From the NCBI RefSeq assembly GCF_000195755.1, contig NC_005863.1, forward strand, positions 30,001 through 62,000: a stretch of DNA of 32,000 bases, written 5' to 3'. The stretch comes from Nitratidesulfovibrio vulgaris str. Hildenborough. Its GTDB lineage: Bacteria > Desulfobacterota > Desulfovibrionia > Desulfovibrionales > Desulfovibrionaceae. Numbering within the stretch: position 1 is the first letter of the stretch; each line of letters begins with the position of its first letter. This document shows, piece after piece, positions 11,326 through 20,589 of the stretch. The notes beneath the pieces are model-generated. The model was not told the DNA's origin. It did not search any database and saw only the letters and a program-made list of their open reading frames with translations. Position numbers and translations under genes: made by a program.

Positions 11326-13986
11326 GTGTGGAATAAGCTGTGCCTTTCCGTCTGCTGTGCGATTCTCGTTCTCACTGCCTCGTCATGCGGGGCGGACAAG
11401 TCATCGGACTTCCTCACCGAAGGGCGCAAGCTCATGGACGCGGGCAATGCCGCGGGTGCGGTGGTGCTGTTCCGCAATGCACTTGAGAAGACCCCCGCCG
11501 ATTATACACTGCACCTTGAACTGGGCAGGGCCTATATCGCCCTTGGCAAGCTCGACCTCGCCGAGGGCGAACTGCAGAAGTGCCTGCGCCAGCAACCCGA
11601 CGACCCGCCGCTGAACCTCGCCCTCGGCGAACTCTACGTGGCACGCAACGAACCGGCCAAGGCGCTGCCGCATCTGGCCCGCTACGAACAGGGCGCGGGC
11701 GAGACGGCCGTCTCGCGTGAACTGGCGGGGCTGGCCCATGCGCAGGCGCGGTCGCCGGAAGAGGCGCGCGCGGCCCTCGAACGCTCCATCGCCCTCGACG
11801 CCAAGCGCGTCACGCCACGTCTGGCGCTGGCGCGGCTGTTCCTCTACAGGGGCGACCTCAAGCGCGCCGTCGCCACCGTGGACGAGGCACTCGCCGTCGC
11901 CCCCGAAGACAGGTTGGCCCTCACGCTGCGTGGCGACCTGCTGCTGCGGCAGGGCGACGCGCCCGGTGCGTTGGTGGTGTTCCGCAAGGTCGCCAGCCTG
12001 GCCCCCGGCGACGACTATGCCCGCTACATGTCGGGCCTTCTGGCCCTGCAGACCGGCGACGAGGCCGGGGCCGCCGCCGTTGCGGCATCCATGAACAAGG
12101 ACTTCAAGGACAACTCGCTGACCCTGATGCTGGACGGCGCCCTCGCCGCGCAACGCAAGGACTACACGCTTGCGGCGTCGCTGTTCCAGCGCAGCGTGGC
12201 CATGCGTCCAAGCCTCGAGGGCTACTACAAGCTTGGCATGGCCCTCTACGGCAAGGGCGACCTCGAGACGGCCCTCAGCCAGTTCAACCGCGTGCTCGAA
12301 GCCACACCGGAATACGATGCGGCCCGCCGCATGACCGTCACCATCCTGCTTGCGCAACGGCGAGTGGCCGAGGCACGGCAGGAGGCGCAGAAGCTCGTGG
12401 AGCGCAACCCCTCCGACGCCGCGGCGCACTTCATGCTGGCCTCGGCGCAGATGGCGGCGGGCGACAGGGCCGGGGCCGAACGCTCGTTCGAGGCGGGGCT
12501 TGCCCTGCAACCGGCCCATGTGCCCGCACTCCTGCAACTCAGCCGCCTGAAGCAGGCCGACGGACGGCCCGACGAGGCGCTTGAAGACCTCAAGGCCGCC
12601 GTTGTCGCCGCACCCGACGACCTCGCCGTGCGCAACGCCCTCTTCGCCTACCATCTGGGACGGGGCGACACGGGCAAGGGCGTCCAGGTCGTCCTCGAGG
12701 GCCTGCGCGGCACTCCGCAGGACGCCATCCTCTACACCATGCTGGTGCCCGTCTACGTCAACATGGGCGACGAGGCGAAGGGCCTCGACGCGGTGGCGCA
12801 GGCGCACAGGGCCGACCCCGACTTCCCCGACGCCTACCTTGCCGGGCTGCGCCTCCACGCCGGGGCCGGCAGGGCGGAACAGGCCCTTGCCGAGAGCGAG
12901 GCCTATCTCGCCCGCAAGCCCGATGCTCCGGGCTTCCTGCTGGCGTCGGGCGCCCTGCTCGACCTTCTTGGCAGGACGGCGGAGGCCGACGCCCGCTTCG
13001 ACAAGGCGCTGGCCGCCAACGACCCCCGCGTCTCGTTCGCGGTGGCCGAACGCGCCGTGGCCTCGGGGCAGGACGAGAAGGCCCGCCGCGTTCTCGAAGA
13101 GGCCCTGCGGCAGCACGACCAGACGACCCTGCGCGACGCGCTCGCCATCCAGCTTGCGCGCATGGGCAAGCCCGACGACGCCCTCGCCCTCTATACCGCC
13201 ATCGAGACGCAACGCCCTCGCGAGGCGCTGCTGGGCCGCTACCGGCTGCTGACGCACCTCGACCGGCATCAGGAGGCGGCGGACACGGCACGTGAACTGG
13301 GACGGCGTGAGAGCGCGTCGCCGCTGCCCGTCCTGCTCGAAGCCGCCGCGTTCGAGCGCATGGGGCAGCGCCCGCAGGGCGTGGCCCTGCTCGAGGCGGC
13401 CCACCGCAAGAGCGGCGACCCCGAACTGCTGCTGGCCATGGGCGGTATGCTCGAACGCAACGGCGACGAGGCCCGTGCCGAGACCTGCTACCGCGACGCC
13501 CTCAAGGCGCGGCCCGACCATGTGCCCACCCTGCTGGCCTACGCGGGGCTGGACATGCGCCGCAAGGAGTACGCCAAGGCCACGGCCCTCTACGAGAAGG
13601 CCGTGAGCATCGCCCCCGACGACGTGGTGGCGCTGAACAACCTCGCCATGGCCTACCTCGAGAAGGCCAGCCGTGATGCGACGCCGCAGAAGGCCCTGCG
13701 TCTGGCGTTGCAGGCGTACACCCGCGCTCCCGACAACCCCGCCGTGCTCGACACCCTCGGCGTGTGCATGATGGCCAACGGACGTGCCGACGACGCAGCG
13801 CGCGCCTTCGGTCGTGCCGTGGTCGCCGTGCCCGGCAACCCGTCGCTGCGCTACCGCCATGCCGAGGCGCTCTTCAAGGCGGGCCGCAAGGACATGGCGG
13901 CTGAAGAACTGCGCGCGGCCCTTCAGACGCCCGACTTCCCCGAGGCGGCCAAGGCACGCGACCTGTTGCGCAAGACCGGCAACTGA
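11326..13986 (+). CDS. prsT: PEP-CTERM system TPR-repeat lipoprotein (PrsT family, TIGR02917-like)
   Basis: GTG 11326 follows GGAGG and gives (M)WNKLCLSVCCAILVLTASSCGADK, a lipoprotein-type signal with Cys. About 886 aa of back-to-back TPR repeats (AxxxLxxALxxxPxxxxAxxxLGxxY pattern throughout). The size and its position as first gene of the locus match PrsT. The track ORF start at 11239 lies upstream of the promoter. Confidence 0.85.
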   Translation: MWNKLCLSVCCAILVLTASSCGADKSSDFLTEGRKLMDAGNAAGAVVLFRNALEKTPADYTLHLELGRAYIALGKLDLAEGELQKCLRQQPDDPPLNLALGELYVARNEPAKALPHLARYEQGAGETAVSRELAGLAHAQARSPEEARAALERSIALDAKRVTPRLALARLFLYRGDLKRAVATVDEALAVAPEDRLALTLRGDLLLRQGDAPGALVVFRKVASLAPGDDYARYMSGLLALQTGDEAGAAAVAASMNKDFKDNSLTLMLDGALAAQRKDYTLAASLFQRSVAMRPSLEGYYKLGMALYGKGDLETALSQFNRVLEATPEYDAARRMTVTILLAQRRVAEARQEAQKLVERNPSDAAAHFMLASAQMAAGDRAGAERSFEAGLALQPAHVPALLQLSRLKQADGRPDEALEDLKAAVVAAPDDLAVRNALFAYHLGRGDTGKGVQVVLEGLRGTPQDAILYTMLVPVYVNMGDEAKGLDAVAQAHRADPDFPDAYLAGLRLHAGAGRAEQALAESEAYLARKPDAPGFLLASGALLDLLGRTAEADARFDKALAANDPRVSFAVAERAVASGQDEKARRVLEEALRQHDQTTLRDALAIQLARMGKPDDALALYTAIETQRPREALLGRYRLLTHLDRHQEAADTARELGRRESASPLPVLLEAAAFERMGQRPQGVALLEAAHRKSGDPELLLAMGGMLERNGDEARAETCYRDALKARPDHVPTLLAYAGLDMRRKEYAKATALYEKAVSIAPDDVVALNNLAMAYLEKASRDATPQKALRLALQAYTRAPDNPAVLDTLGVCMMANGRADDAARAFGRAVVAVPGNPSLRYRHAEALFKAGRKDMAAEELRAALQTPDFPEAAKARDLLRKTGN

Positions 13987-13997
13987 CGAGGTGACCC

Positions 13998-15644
13998 ATG
14001 TTCAGGCATCCCCTCCTCCATCTGCTCGGCGATTCACTGCGTGTGGCGCTGGCACTCGGCATCGTGGCCCTGTGGCCGCTGTCGGGTGAACTGGCCATGC
14101 CGCCCGTGACGGACATGCTGGTGCTGGCCGCCGTGCTGCTGGTCTGCGCCGCCGTGACCGACGTGCATGAGCAGCGGGCAGGGGGGACGATGCCGGGCAT
14201 CGGCGGTACGGTACTGGCGGTGCTGGCGGCGTCGGTGCTGCTGGTGCCGCTGCACGCCGAGGCGGGGGTGCTGTCGCGGCATGAGCTGACGGCCATGTGG
14301 GTGCTGCTGTGGTTCGCCCTGTTGCGGGCGGGCAGCACCGTGGCCGCGTCGTTCTGGCGGTTGTTCCCCTCGCTGGCGCATGGCGTGCTGGTGCTTGGCG
14401 ACGACGAGGGCATCCGCACGGCGGCGGGCCTTGCCGAGGCCAGCGAAAGCCGCTTCAGGGTGAAGACCACGGTGCGCTGGCACTCGGGCCGCCCGGTGGG
14501 CACGGGGTACCAGGCGCAGCCGTCATCCGAACGGGCGCAGCCGTCGTCCGACCGGGCGCAGCCGTCATCAGGACAGGCGCAGCCGTCATCCGAACGGGCG
14601 CAGCCGTCATCAGGACAGCAGGCGTCGTCCGACCGGGCGCAGTCATCATGCTATCAGGCGCAGCCGTCAGCAGGACAGGCCTGCCAGACCCATCTCCGTG
14701 CGCAGGGTCTCGGGCTGCCCCACGACCCGCACTGCGCCGATGTCACGGGCGTCGTGCCGGATGCGTCGCACCCCGTTCGCGGTGCCATTCCCGGTTCCGT
14801 CCCCGCCACCGGTTCATGTGGAGACGACGCCGAATGGCTGGCGAACCTCGCCCGCCGCGAGAAGGTGCGTACCATCGTGGTCAGCCTCGCGGAACGTCGC
14901 GGCAGCTTCCCGGTGGACGCGGTGATGCGCTGCCGTCTGCGCGGGGTGCGGGTGCTCGACGCCTCCACCTTCTACGAGATGGTCACGCGCAAGCTCAACG
15001 TCGAGCACATCACCCCCGGCTGGCTCATCTTCGCCCCCGGCTTCGGCGGCAGCAGGCTGTGCGATGCCGGACGCCGGGCGGCGGACATCGCCCTCGCGCT
15101 GGTGGCGTCCCTTCTCGTCGCGCCCTTCATCCCCTTCGTGGCCCTTGCCGTCAGGCTCGATTCGCCGGGCCCGGTGCTCTTCCGTCAGGTGCGGGTGGGG
15201 CGGGGCGGCAGGCCCTTCACCCTCTACAAGTTCAGGACCATGCGGCAGGACGCGGAGAAGGACACCGGCCCGGTCTGGGCGCGGGCCAACGACAGCCGCG
15301 TGACCCGCTTCGGGGCCTTCATGCGGCGCTGCCGCATCGACGAGTTGCCGCAACTCTTCAACGTGCTGCGCGGCGACATGGGCTTCATCGGCCCGCGGCC
15401 CGAGCGCCCCGAGTTCGTGGCTGAACTGTCGCGCGAGGTGCCCTTCTACGAACAGCGTCACGCCGTGCGTCCGGGACTCACCGGGTGGGCGCAGGTGCGC
15501 TTCCCCTACGGGGCGAGCAAGGCCGATGCACTGGAGAAACTGCGGTACGATCTCTACTACATCAAGAATCGTGCCTTCATGCTGGATATGGAGATCATTG
15601 CAAGGACGTTTTCCGTCGTACTTTCAGGATCGGGAGCAAGGTAG
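13998..15644 (+). CDS. exopolysaccharide priming polyprenyl glycosylphosphotransferase (bacterial sugar transferase, EpsB/TIGR03013-like) with an internal heptad tandem repeat
   Basis: N-terminal TM segments. The C-terminal catalytic domain reads LDSPGPVLFRQVRVGRGGRPFTLYKFRTM...IDELPQLFNVLRGDMGFIGPRPERPEF...GLTGWAQV. ATG 13998 follows GAGG, 11 nt after the prsT stop. Confidence 0.9.
   Translation: MFRHPLLHLLGDSLRVALALGIVALWPLSGELAMPPVTDMLVLAAVLLVCAAVTDVHEQRAGGTMPGIGGTVLAVLAASVLLVPLHAEAGVLSRHELTAMWVLLWFALLRAGSTVAASFWRLFPSLAHGVLVLGDDEGIRTAAGLAEASESRFRVKTTVRWHSGRPVGTGYQAQPSSERAQPSSDRAQPSSGQAQPSSERAQPSSGQQASSDRAQSSCYQAQPSAGQACQTHLRAQGLGLPHDPHCADVTGVVPDASHPVRGAIPGSVPATGSCGDDAEWLANLARREKVRTIVVSLAERRGSFPVDAVMRCRLRGVRVLDASTFYEMVTRKLNVEHITPGWLIFAPGFGGSRLCDAGRRAADIALALVASLLVAPFIPFVALAVRLDSPGPVLFRQVRVGRGGRPFTLYKFRTMRQDAEKDTGPVWARANDSRVTRFGAFMRRCRIDELPQLFNVLRGDMGFIGPRPERPEFVAELSREVPFYEQRHAVRPGLTGWAQVRFPYGASKADALEKLRYDLYYIKNRAFMLDMEIIARTFSVVLSGSGAR
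14514..14678 (+). repeat. in-frame 21-bp tandem repeat, about 8 units, encoding (AQPSS[E/D/G][R/Q])n inside the priming transferase
   Basis: GCGCAGCCGTCATCCGAACGG and variants are repeated head to tail. One unit is 18 nt and the last two units are degenerate. Confidence 0.85.
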
Positions 15645-16450
15645 TGAAAAGATTCGCAGTCATCATGTCCCTTGTCATGGTGCTCATGGGCGCCTCGGTC
15701 GGCTACTGCTTCGACTACATCATCAACCACGGTGACGGCATCAGCGTCAACGTATGGGGCGAGAAGGAGCTTTCGGTGAAGGTCACGGTGCGCCCCGACG
15801 GCAGGATAACCCTGCCCGGCATCGGTGACATGGACGCCGCAGGCCAGACCGCCGAACAGCTTCAGGCCAAGATAACCACCCGTTACGCCGAACTCGTGCG
15901 CAACCCGGTGGTCACCGTCAGCGTGGACATGTCGCAGAACAACAGCGTCATCGTGCACGGCCCCGGCGTGAAACCCGGCATGGTGCCCATGGCGGGCCGC
16001 ACCACGCTGTTGCAGCTGCTCACCCGCATCGCCCCCGAAGCCACCGCCGACCTCGACGGTGCGACCCTCACCCGCGAGGGCACGGTGCTGCGCACGGGCT
16101 TCCGCGACCTCTACGAACGCGGCGCCATCGCCGACGACGTCGAACTCAAGCCCGGCGACCGGGTGTTCATCCCCTTCCGCGCCAAGTGGTCGGTCTATGT
16201 GGTGGGCGCGGTCAACGAACCCATGACCCTGACCTACCACGAGGGCATGACCCTGATGGAGGCGCTGCTGGCAGCCAAGGGCTTCACCCGCTTCGCCGAC
16301 CGCAACAAGACGGAAGTGGTGCGCGAACGCGACGGACGGCAGGAGGTCGTGGTGGTGCGCGCGGGCGACCTCATCGACAAGGGCGACCTCACCCAGAACG
16401 TGCCGTTGCAGGCTGGCGACTACGTCATCGCCAAGAAGGGGCTGTTCTAG
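15644..16450 (+). CDS. polysaccharide export protein (Wza/EpsE-like, PEP-CTERM-locus export family TIGR03027-like)
   Basis: GTG 15644 overlaps the upstream TAG by 1 nt, with GGGAG upstream. Signal-like N-terminus KRFAVIMSLVMVLMGASVGYC. Poly_export/SLBB-type motifs are present (ITLPGIGDMDAAGQT, LKPGDRVFIP, LQAGDYVIA). Confidence 0.85.
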   Translation: MKRFAVIMSLVMVLMGASVGYCFDYIINHGDGISVNVWGEKELSVKVTVRPDGRITLPGIGDMDAAGQTAEQLQAKITTRYAELVRNPVVTVSVDMSQNNSVIVHGPGVKPGMVPMAGRTTLLQLLTRIAPEATADLDGATLTREGTVLRTGFRDLYERGAIADDVELKPGDRVFIPFRAKWSVYVVGAVNEPMTLTYHEGMTLMEALLAAKGFTRFADRNKTEVVRERDGRQEVVVVRAGDLIDKGDLTQNVPLQAGDYVIAKKGLF

Positions 16451-17953
16451 ATGCGACCCGGAGGACGTGAACCCCAGCAGGCGCCGGGCCGCGAGTCCGG
16501 CAGCCTCGATGTCAGGCGTTACCTCGTGCTGCTGCGCGAGAGCATCGTGACCTTCTGCGCCATCGCCGTGGGGGTGACCCTGCTCGGTGTGGCGGTCAGC
16601 TATGTGTTGCCCAAACGCTACGAGGCGCACTCCTCCGTGTCGGTCGAGCAGAACGTGGTCAACGAACTGGTGAAGGGCATCGCCATCACCCCGTCGCTTG
16701 AAGCGAAACTGCGCATCCTCAAGGTGTCCATCCTGAGTCGCAAGATGCTGCTCGCCGTCATCCGCGACCTCGACATGGACCTCGGCAGGCAGGGCGAACA
16801 GCTTGAGATACTCATCGAGAACACGCGCAAGAACGTCGAGATCAGCTACGAGGAGAAGAAGGGTCTCTTCTACATCCGCTACCGCGACGCGTCGCCGGAA
16901 CGGGCGCGTGACTTCGTCAACGCGCTCACCCGGCGCTACATCGAGGAGAGTACGGCCTCGAAGCGCGAAGAGTCGTACGAGGCCACGCGCTTCCTCTCCG
17001 ACCAGATAGAGGTGTTCCAGAAGCGCATCGAGGCCGCGCAGAAGGCCATCGACGCCTTCAAGTCCGAGAAGGGCATGATCCTCAGCATGAACGAGAGCAT
17101 CCTGCGCGAGGAGATCAAGGAGACGGAACACCGCCTCGAAGAGACGCGCATCCGCAAGAACGAGCGGCTGGCCCAGCTCGGCATCCTCGAGAAGGGGACG
17201 GGCGGCGGGCGGCTTGCCGAGAAGGAGGCGGCCTACAAGGCGCTTCTGGGAACCTACACCGCGCAGCACCCCGACGTGGTGCGCGCCAAGGCCGAACTCG
17301 ACGCCCTGCGCGCCAGCGGGGGCGGGGGCGGCGGGCGCAAGGGCGGCGTCGACTACCAGCGCATCAAGGTCGAACTCGAATCGCTGAACGAGATAGAGCG
17401 CATCCAGCAAGAGCTCATCGAGAAGGACAAGCGCCTGTTGCAGGAACTGCCCGCAGTGCAGACCGAACTGCAGGCCCTGCAACAGGCCCGCAAGAACGAG
17501 ACGCTCATCTACGAACAGCTGGTGACGCGCTACGGGCAGTCCGAAGTCTCGAAGCAGATGGAATTGCAGGACAAGGCCGTGAGCCTTCGCATCATCGACC
17601 CCGCCATCCTGCCCATACGGCCGAGCACCCCCAACAGGCCGCTCATCATGCTGGCGGGGCTGCTGCTTGGCGGGGCCATCGGCGCGGGGTGGGTCATCCT
17701 CTCCGACCAGCTGTTCCGCAAGCTGCGCTCGGTGGAGGACCTCACCGCCATGGGGGTCGTGGTGCTCGGCGCGTTGCCCCGCATCGCCTCGCCCGACGAC
17801 GCGCGCATCGGGCGGCACAGGCAGGTCGCCCTTGCCATGTCGGTGACGGTGGCCCTGTTCGTGGTGGGGCTGGCAGCCGCGGAATACAGCGGTTTCGAGG
17901 CGTTCGACGGCGTGTTCGCCCGTGTGCGCAACATCGTCTCCAACTGGTTGTGA
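16451..17953 (+). CDS. polysaccharide chain-length determinant protein (Wzz/PCP, PEP-CTERM locus subfamily TIGR03007-like)
   Basis: ATG 16451 directly abuts the upstream stop. An N-terminal TM segment, then YEAHSSVSVEQN (Wzz motif region), a long coiled-coil periplasmic segment and a C-terminal TM with PNRPLIMLAGLLLGGAIG. Confidence 0.85.
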   Translation: MRPGGREPQQAPGRESGSLDVRRYLVLLRESIVTFCAIAVGVTLLGVAVSYVLPKRYEAHSSVSVEQNVVNELVKGIAITPSLEAKLRILKVSILSRKMLLAVIRDLDMDLGRQGEQLEILIENTRKNVEISYEEKKGLFYIRYRDASPERARDFVNALTRRYIEESTASKREESYEATRFLSDQIEVFQKRIEAAQKAIDAFKSEKGMILSMNESILREEIKETEHRLEETRIRKNERLAQLGILEKGTGGGRLAEKEAAYKALLGTYTAQHPDVVRAKAELDALRASGGGGGGRKGGVDYQRIKVELESLNEIERIQQELIEKDKRLLQELPAVQTELQALQQARKNETLIYEQLVTRYGQSEVSKQMELQDKAVSLRIIDPAILPIRPSTPNRPLIMLAGLLLGGAIGAGWVILSDQLFRKLRSVEDLTAMGVVVLGALPRIASPDDARIGRHRQVALAMSVTVALFVVGLAAAEYSGFEAFDGVFARVRNIVSNWL

Positions 17954-17963
17954 GGAGAAGGCC

Positions 17964-19082
17964 ATGAGCAGAATCGAAGAGGCACTGGCACGGGCCGCCC
18001 GTGAGCGCGAGGCCGCAGACACCCTTCCCGGTGCGCCGGGTGCACAGGGCAAGGGCGGTGCCGGTGCTGCGCCTGAACAGCCCGTGGCCATGCCACGCGG
18101 TGTAGAGGCTGCCGTGGCCCGTGCCGACGACGCGCATGGCGGCCCCGCGCTTCAGGTCTCGCCGCCCGTGACACCCGCCGTGACACCCGCCGTGACAATG
18201 GGCGCGACGCCATCAGTGGCATCGGGCCCCCTGCATCGCGACACCGCACCGGGCGTCGTACCGGGAACCGCATCCGGTATCGCCCGTGGCAACAACGGCT
18301 ACCGGGCCGTCGGCGCGGAGGGCAGGGCGGCGTATGCCGACTCGAAGCCCCGTCAGGTGACGCTCGACCAGAAGCTCATCGCCGCCTCGGGCTTCGACGA
18401 CCCCATGAGCGAGGAATACCGCAAGATCAAGGGTCGGCTGGTGTCGCTGGCGCGGCAGAAGGGCATGAACCTGTTCATGGTCACGAGTTCCGTCATGGGC
18501 GAGGGCAAGACGCTGGTCTCCGCCAATCTCGCCATCAGCCTCGCGCAGGAATACGACAACACCGTCCTCTACATCGACGCCGACCTGCGCGCCCCCTGCG
18601 CCCACGGTCTCTTCGGGGTGGAGGCCTCGCCCGGCCTCTCCGACTGCCTCATGGACGGCATCCCCCTGCACGAGGCCCTCGTGCCCACGGGAGTGGGGCG
18701 GCTGTCGTTCCTGCCCGCGGGGCGGCAACTGCCCAACCCCGGCGAGTTGTTCGCCTCGTCGCTCATGCGCGACATGCTGCACGAGATGAAGCGCCGCTAC
18801 GCCGACCGCTACGTCATCATCGACACCGCCCCGGCGCTGCCCTTCGCGGAGACGCGGGTACTCGGCCGCATGGTGGACGGCGTGCTGCTGGTGGCGCGCG
18901 AGAACATCGCCACGCTGAACGGCATCTCCAAGACACTCGAGGCCCTCGAAGGCTCGAACCTCATGGGCGTCATCTACAACGACGCCAGCCACCCCGCGTG
19001 GCCCAGTTTTCCCGGCTATGGCGACAGATACGGCACCAACCGCTACGCCTACGGTGCCCATCGCACCGGGCAGGGCCAGTGA
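17964..19082 (+). CDS. exopolysaccharide tyrosine autokinase-type P-loop ATPase (BY-kinase catalytic subunit, TIGR03018-like) with a low-complexity N-terminal extension
   Basis: ATG 17964 follows GAGGAGAAGG. Walker A-like SSVMGEGKT, then YIDADLR, IIDTAP and LLVAR motifs. C-terminal Tyr cluster GYGDRYGTNRYAYG. Confidence 0.85.
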   Translation: MSRIEEALARAAREREAADTLPGAPGAQGKGGAGAAPEQPVAMPRGVEAAVARADDAHGGPALQVSPPVTPAVTPAVTMGATPSVASGPLHRDTAPGVVPGTASGIARGNNGYRAVGAEGRAAYADSKPRQVTLDQKLIAASGFDDPMSEEYRKIKGRLVSLARQKGMNLFMVTSSVMGEGKTLVSANLAISLAQEYDNTVLYIDADLRAPCAHGLFGVEASPGLSDCLMDGIPLHEALVPTGVGRLSFLPAGRQLPNPGELFASSLMRDMLHEMKRRYADRYVIIDTAPALPFAETRVLGRMVDGVLLVARENIATLNGISKTLEALEGSNLMGVIYNDASHPAWPSFPGYGDRYGTNRYAYGAHRTGQGQ

Positions 19083-19093
19083 CGGAGGGCACG

Positions 19094-20413
19094 GTGTACA
19101 CGGCATTCTTCGGCTTTCGGGTGAAGCCCTTCGACCTGCTTCCCAACCCCGACTTCCTGTACCCGAGTCGCGCCTACCGCAAGGCCTCGGCGTATCTGGA
19201 ATACGGGGTGCGCGACCGTGCGGGCTTCATCCTGATCACCGGGGAGGTGGGCGCGGGCAAGACCACGCTCATCCGCAGCCTGCTCAAGCGCAGCCTCGGC
19301 GACGTGCTCATCTCCAAGGTCTTCAACACCAGCGTCGATGCCGAACAGCTGGTGGCCATGATCAACGACGACTTCGGCCTCGAGACCGACGGCAGGGACA
19401 AGGTCGCCATGCTGCGCGACCTCAACACCTTCCTCATCGAACAGTACGCCGAACGGCGGCGGCCCGTGCTCATCATCGACGAGGCCCAGAACCTCACCCC
19501 CGAGGTGCTCGAAGAGGTGCGGATGCTCTCCAACCTCGAAACGGACAACGCCAAGCTGTTGCAGATCATCCTCGTGGGACAGCCCGAACTGCGCGAGCGC
19601 ATCCGTTCGCCGCAGCTGCTGCAACTGCGCCAGCGCATCCTCGTGCAGTGCCACCTCGAGCCGCTCACCCGCGAAGAGGTCGAGGAGTACGTCCTCTACA
19701 GGCTCGAACGCGCGGGCAACCGCGACGCCCTGCACTGGGAGGAGGGCGTGATGGCGGAGATGCACAGGGCCACGCGGGGCATCCCCCGGCTGGTGAACAT
19801 CCTCGGCAGCTACGTGCTGCTCGACGCCTACGCGGCGGGACGGCGCAGCATCTCGCTGCCCGAGATGCTCGACCTGTTGCACTCCATGGATTTCGACCAC
19901 CAGTTCTGGCCCACCGGGACGGAGACTGAAGGCGAGGCTGGCGACGAGACGTCGCCCGCCGTGACAGGGGCCAGCGCGATGACGGTGACGGGCGCAGCCG
20001 GGGGCAACGGCAGCCACGCGGCGGCAGCCGGAGCGCCTGTCGATATGACCCCCGCCCCCGTAGGCACTGCCGCGCAAGTCCCTGCGGGCGTCGCCCAGAC
20101 AATGACGCAGACGCAGGCGCAGGCGACCCCGGCGATGCTCTCGCTGCTGCAAGGGCTCTCGCGCCGTGTGGGCGAGCTCGAACAGGCCCACGCCCGCATG
20201 GGCGAGAACGCCTACTTCGACATGCTCGAACGCCAGAACGAGCTCGAGCAGGTGCTCACGCGCATGGCGGAGAGGGTGGACAGGCTGCACTTCGCACAGG
20301 CGCAGCGACAGGTGCAGGTGCGACAGGAACAGGCCGCGCAGGAACGTCTGGCGGCAGAACGGGCCGGCAACCAGCGGGGCGGATGGCTGAGACGCTGGTT
20401 CGTGGGCGGCTAG
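19094..20413 (+). CDS. ExeA/GspA-like AAA ATPase (PEP-CTERM locus secretion ATPase, TIGR03015-like) with a long low-complexity/coiled-coil C-terminal extension
   Basis: GTG 19094 follows GGAGGG and gives (M)YTAFFGFRVKPFDLLPNPDFLY, typical of ExeA-like N-termini. Walker A GEVGAGKTT and Walker B LIIDEAQNL. An in-frame GTG at 19079 is an alternative start. Confidence 0.8.
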   Translation: MYTAFFGFRVKPFDLLPNPDFLYPSRAYRKASAYLEYGVRDRAGFILITGEVGAGKTTLIRSLLKRSLGDVLISKVFNTSVDAEQLVAMINDDFGLETDGRDKVAMLRDLNTFLIEQYAERRRPVLIIDEAQNLTPEVLEEVRMLSNLETDNAKLLQIILVGQPELRERIRSPQLLQLRQRILVQCHLEPLTREEVEEYVLYRLERAGNRDALHWEEGVMAEMHRATRGIPRLVNILGSYVLLDAYAAGRRSISLPEMLDLLHSMDFDHQFWPTGTETEGEAGDETSPAVTGASAMTVTGAAGGNGSHAAAAGAPVDMTPAPVGTAAQVPAGVAQTMTQTQAQATPAMLSLLQGLSRRVGELEQAHARMGENAYFDMLERQNELEQVLTRMAERVDRLHFAQAQRQVQVRQEQAAQERLAAERAGNQRGGWLRRWFVGG

Positions 20414-20589
20414 CGGACGGAGACGGCACGAGGCGGCAGGAGACGGCGAAGGAACGGGCGACACGGTGCGCTGGCGGAGAGACCCTCGCAAGGGCCTTCG
20501 GGCTGGCATCCGGCGGAGACGGCCTCAGGGCCACCGGGCACGCACCACCGCAAGGCGCGGCGACAACGGCATCGAACAGGAGCGAAAGC

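Noticed and set aside
11401-13860. 819-aa minus-strand ORF antisense to prsT. Similar long antisense ORFs are 15557..18091, 19049..20509, 20410..21984, 21884..22843, 22770..23834, 27172..29685 and 29746..31146.
   Set aside because: Stop-poor antisense frames are typical of high-GC genomes. Their composition is junk-like (Arg/Gly/His/Ala), they have no RBS, and the opposite strand encodes proteins with clear family motifs and operon-style coupling.
14514-14678. Possibility that the regular 21-bp repeats (or the 109-bp repeats at 4079-4289) are a CRISPR array
   Set aside because: The repeats are directly adjacent with no unique spacers. One array is in-frame inside a gene, and no cas genes are present.
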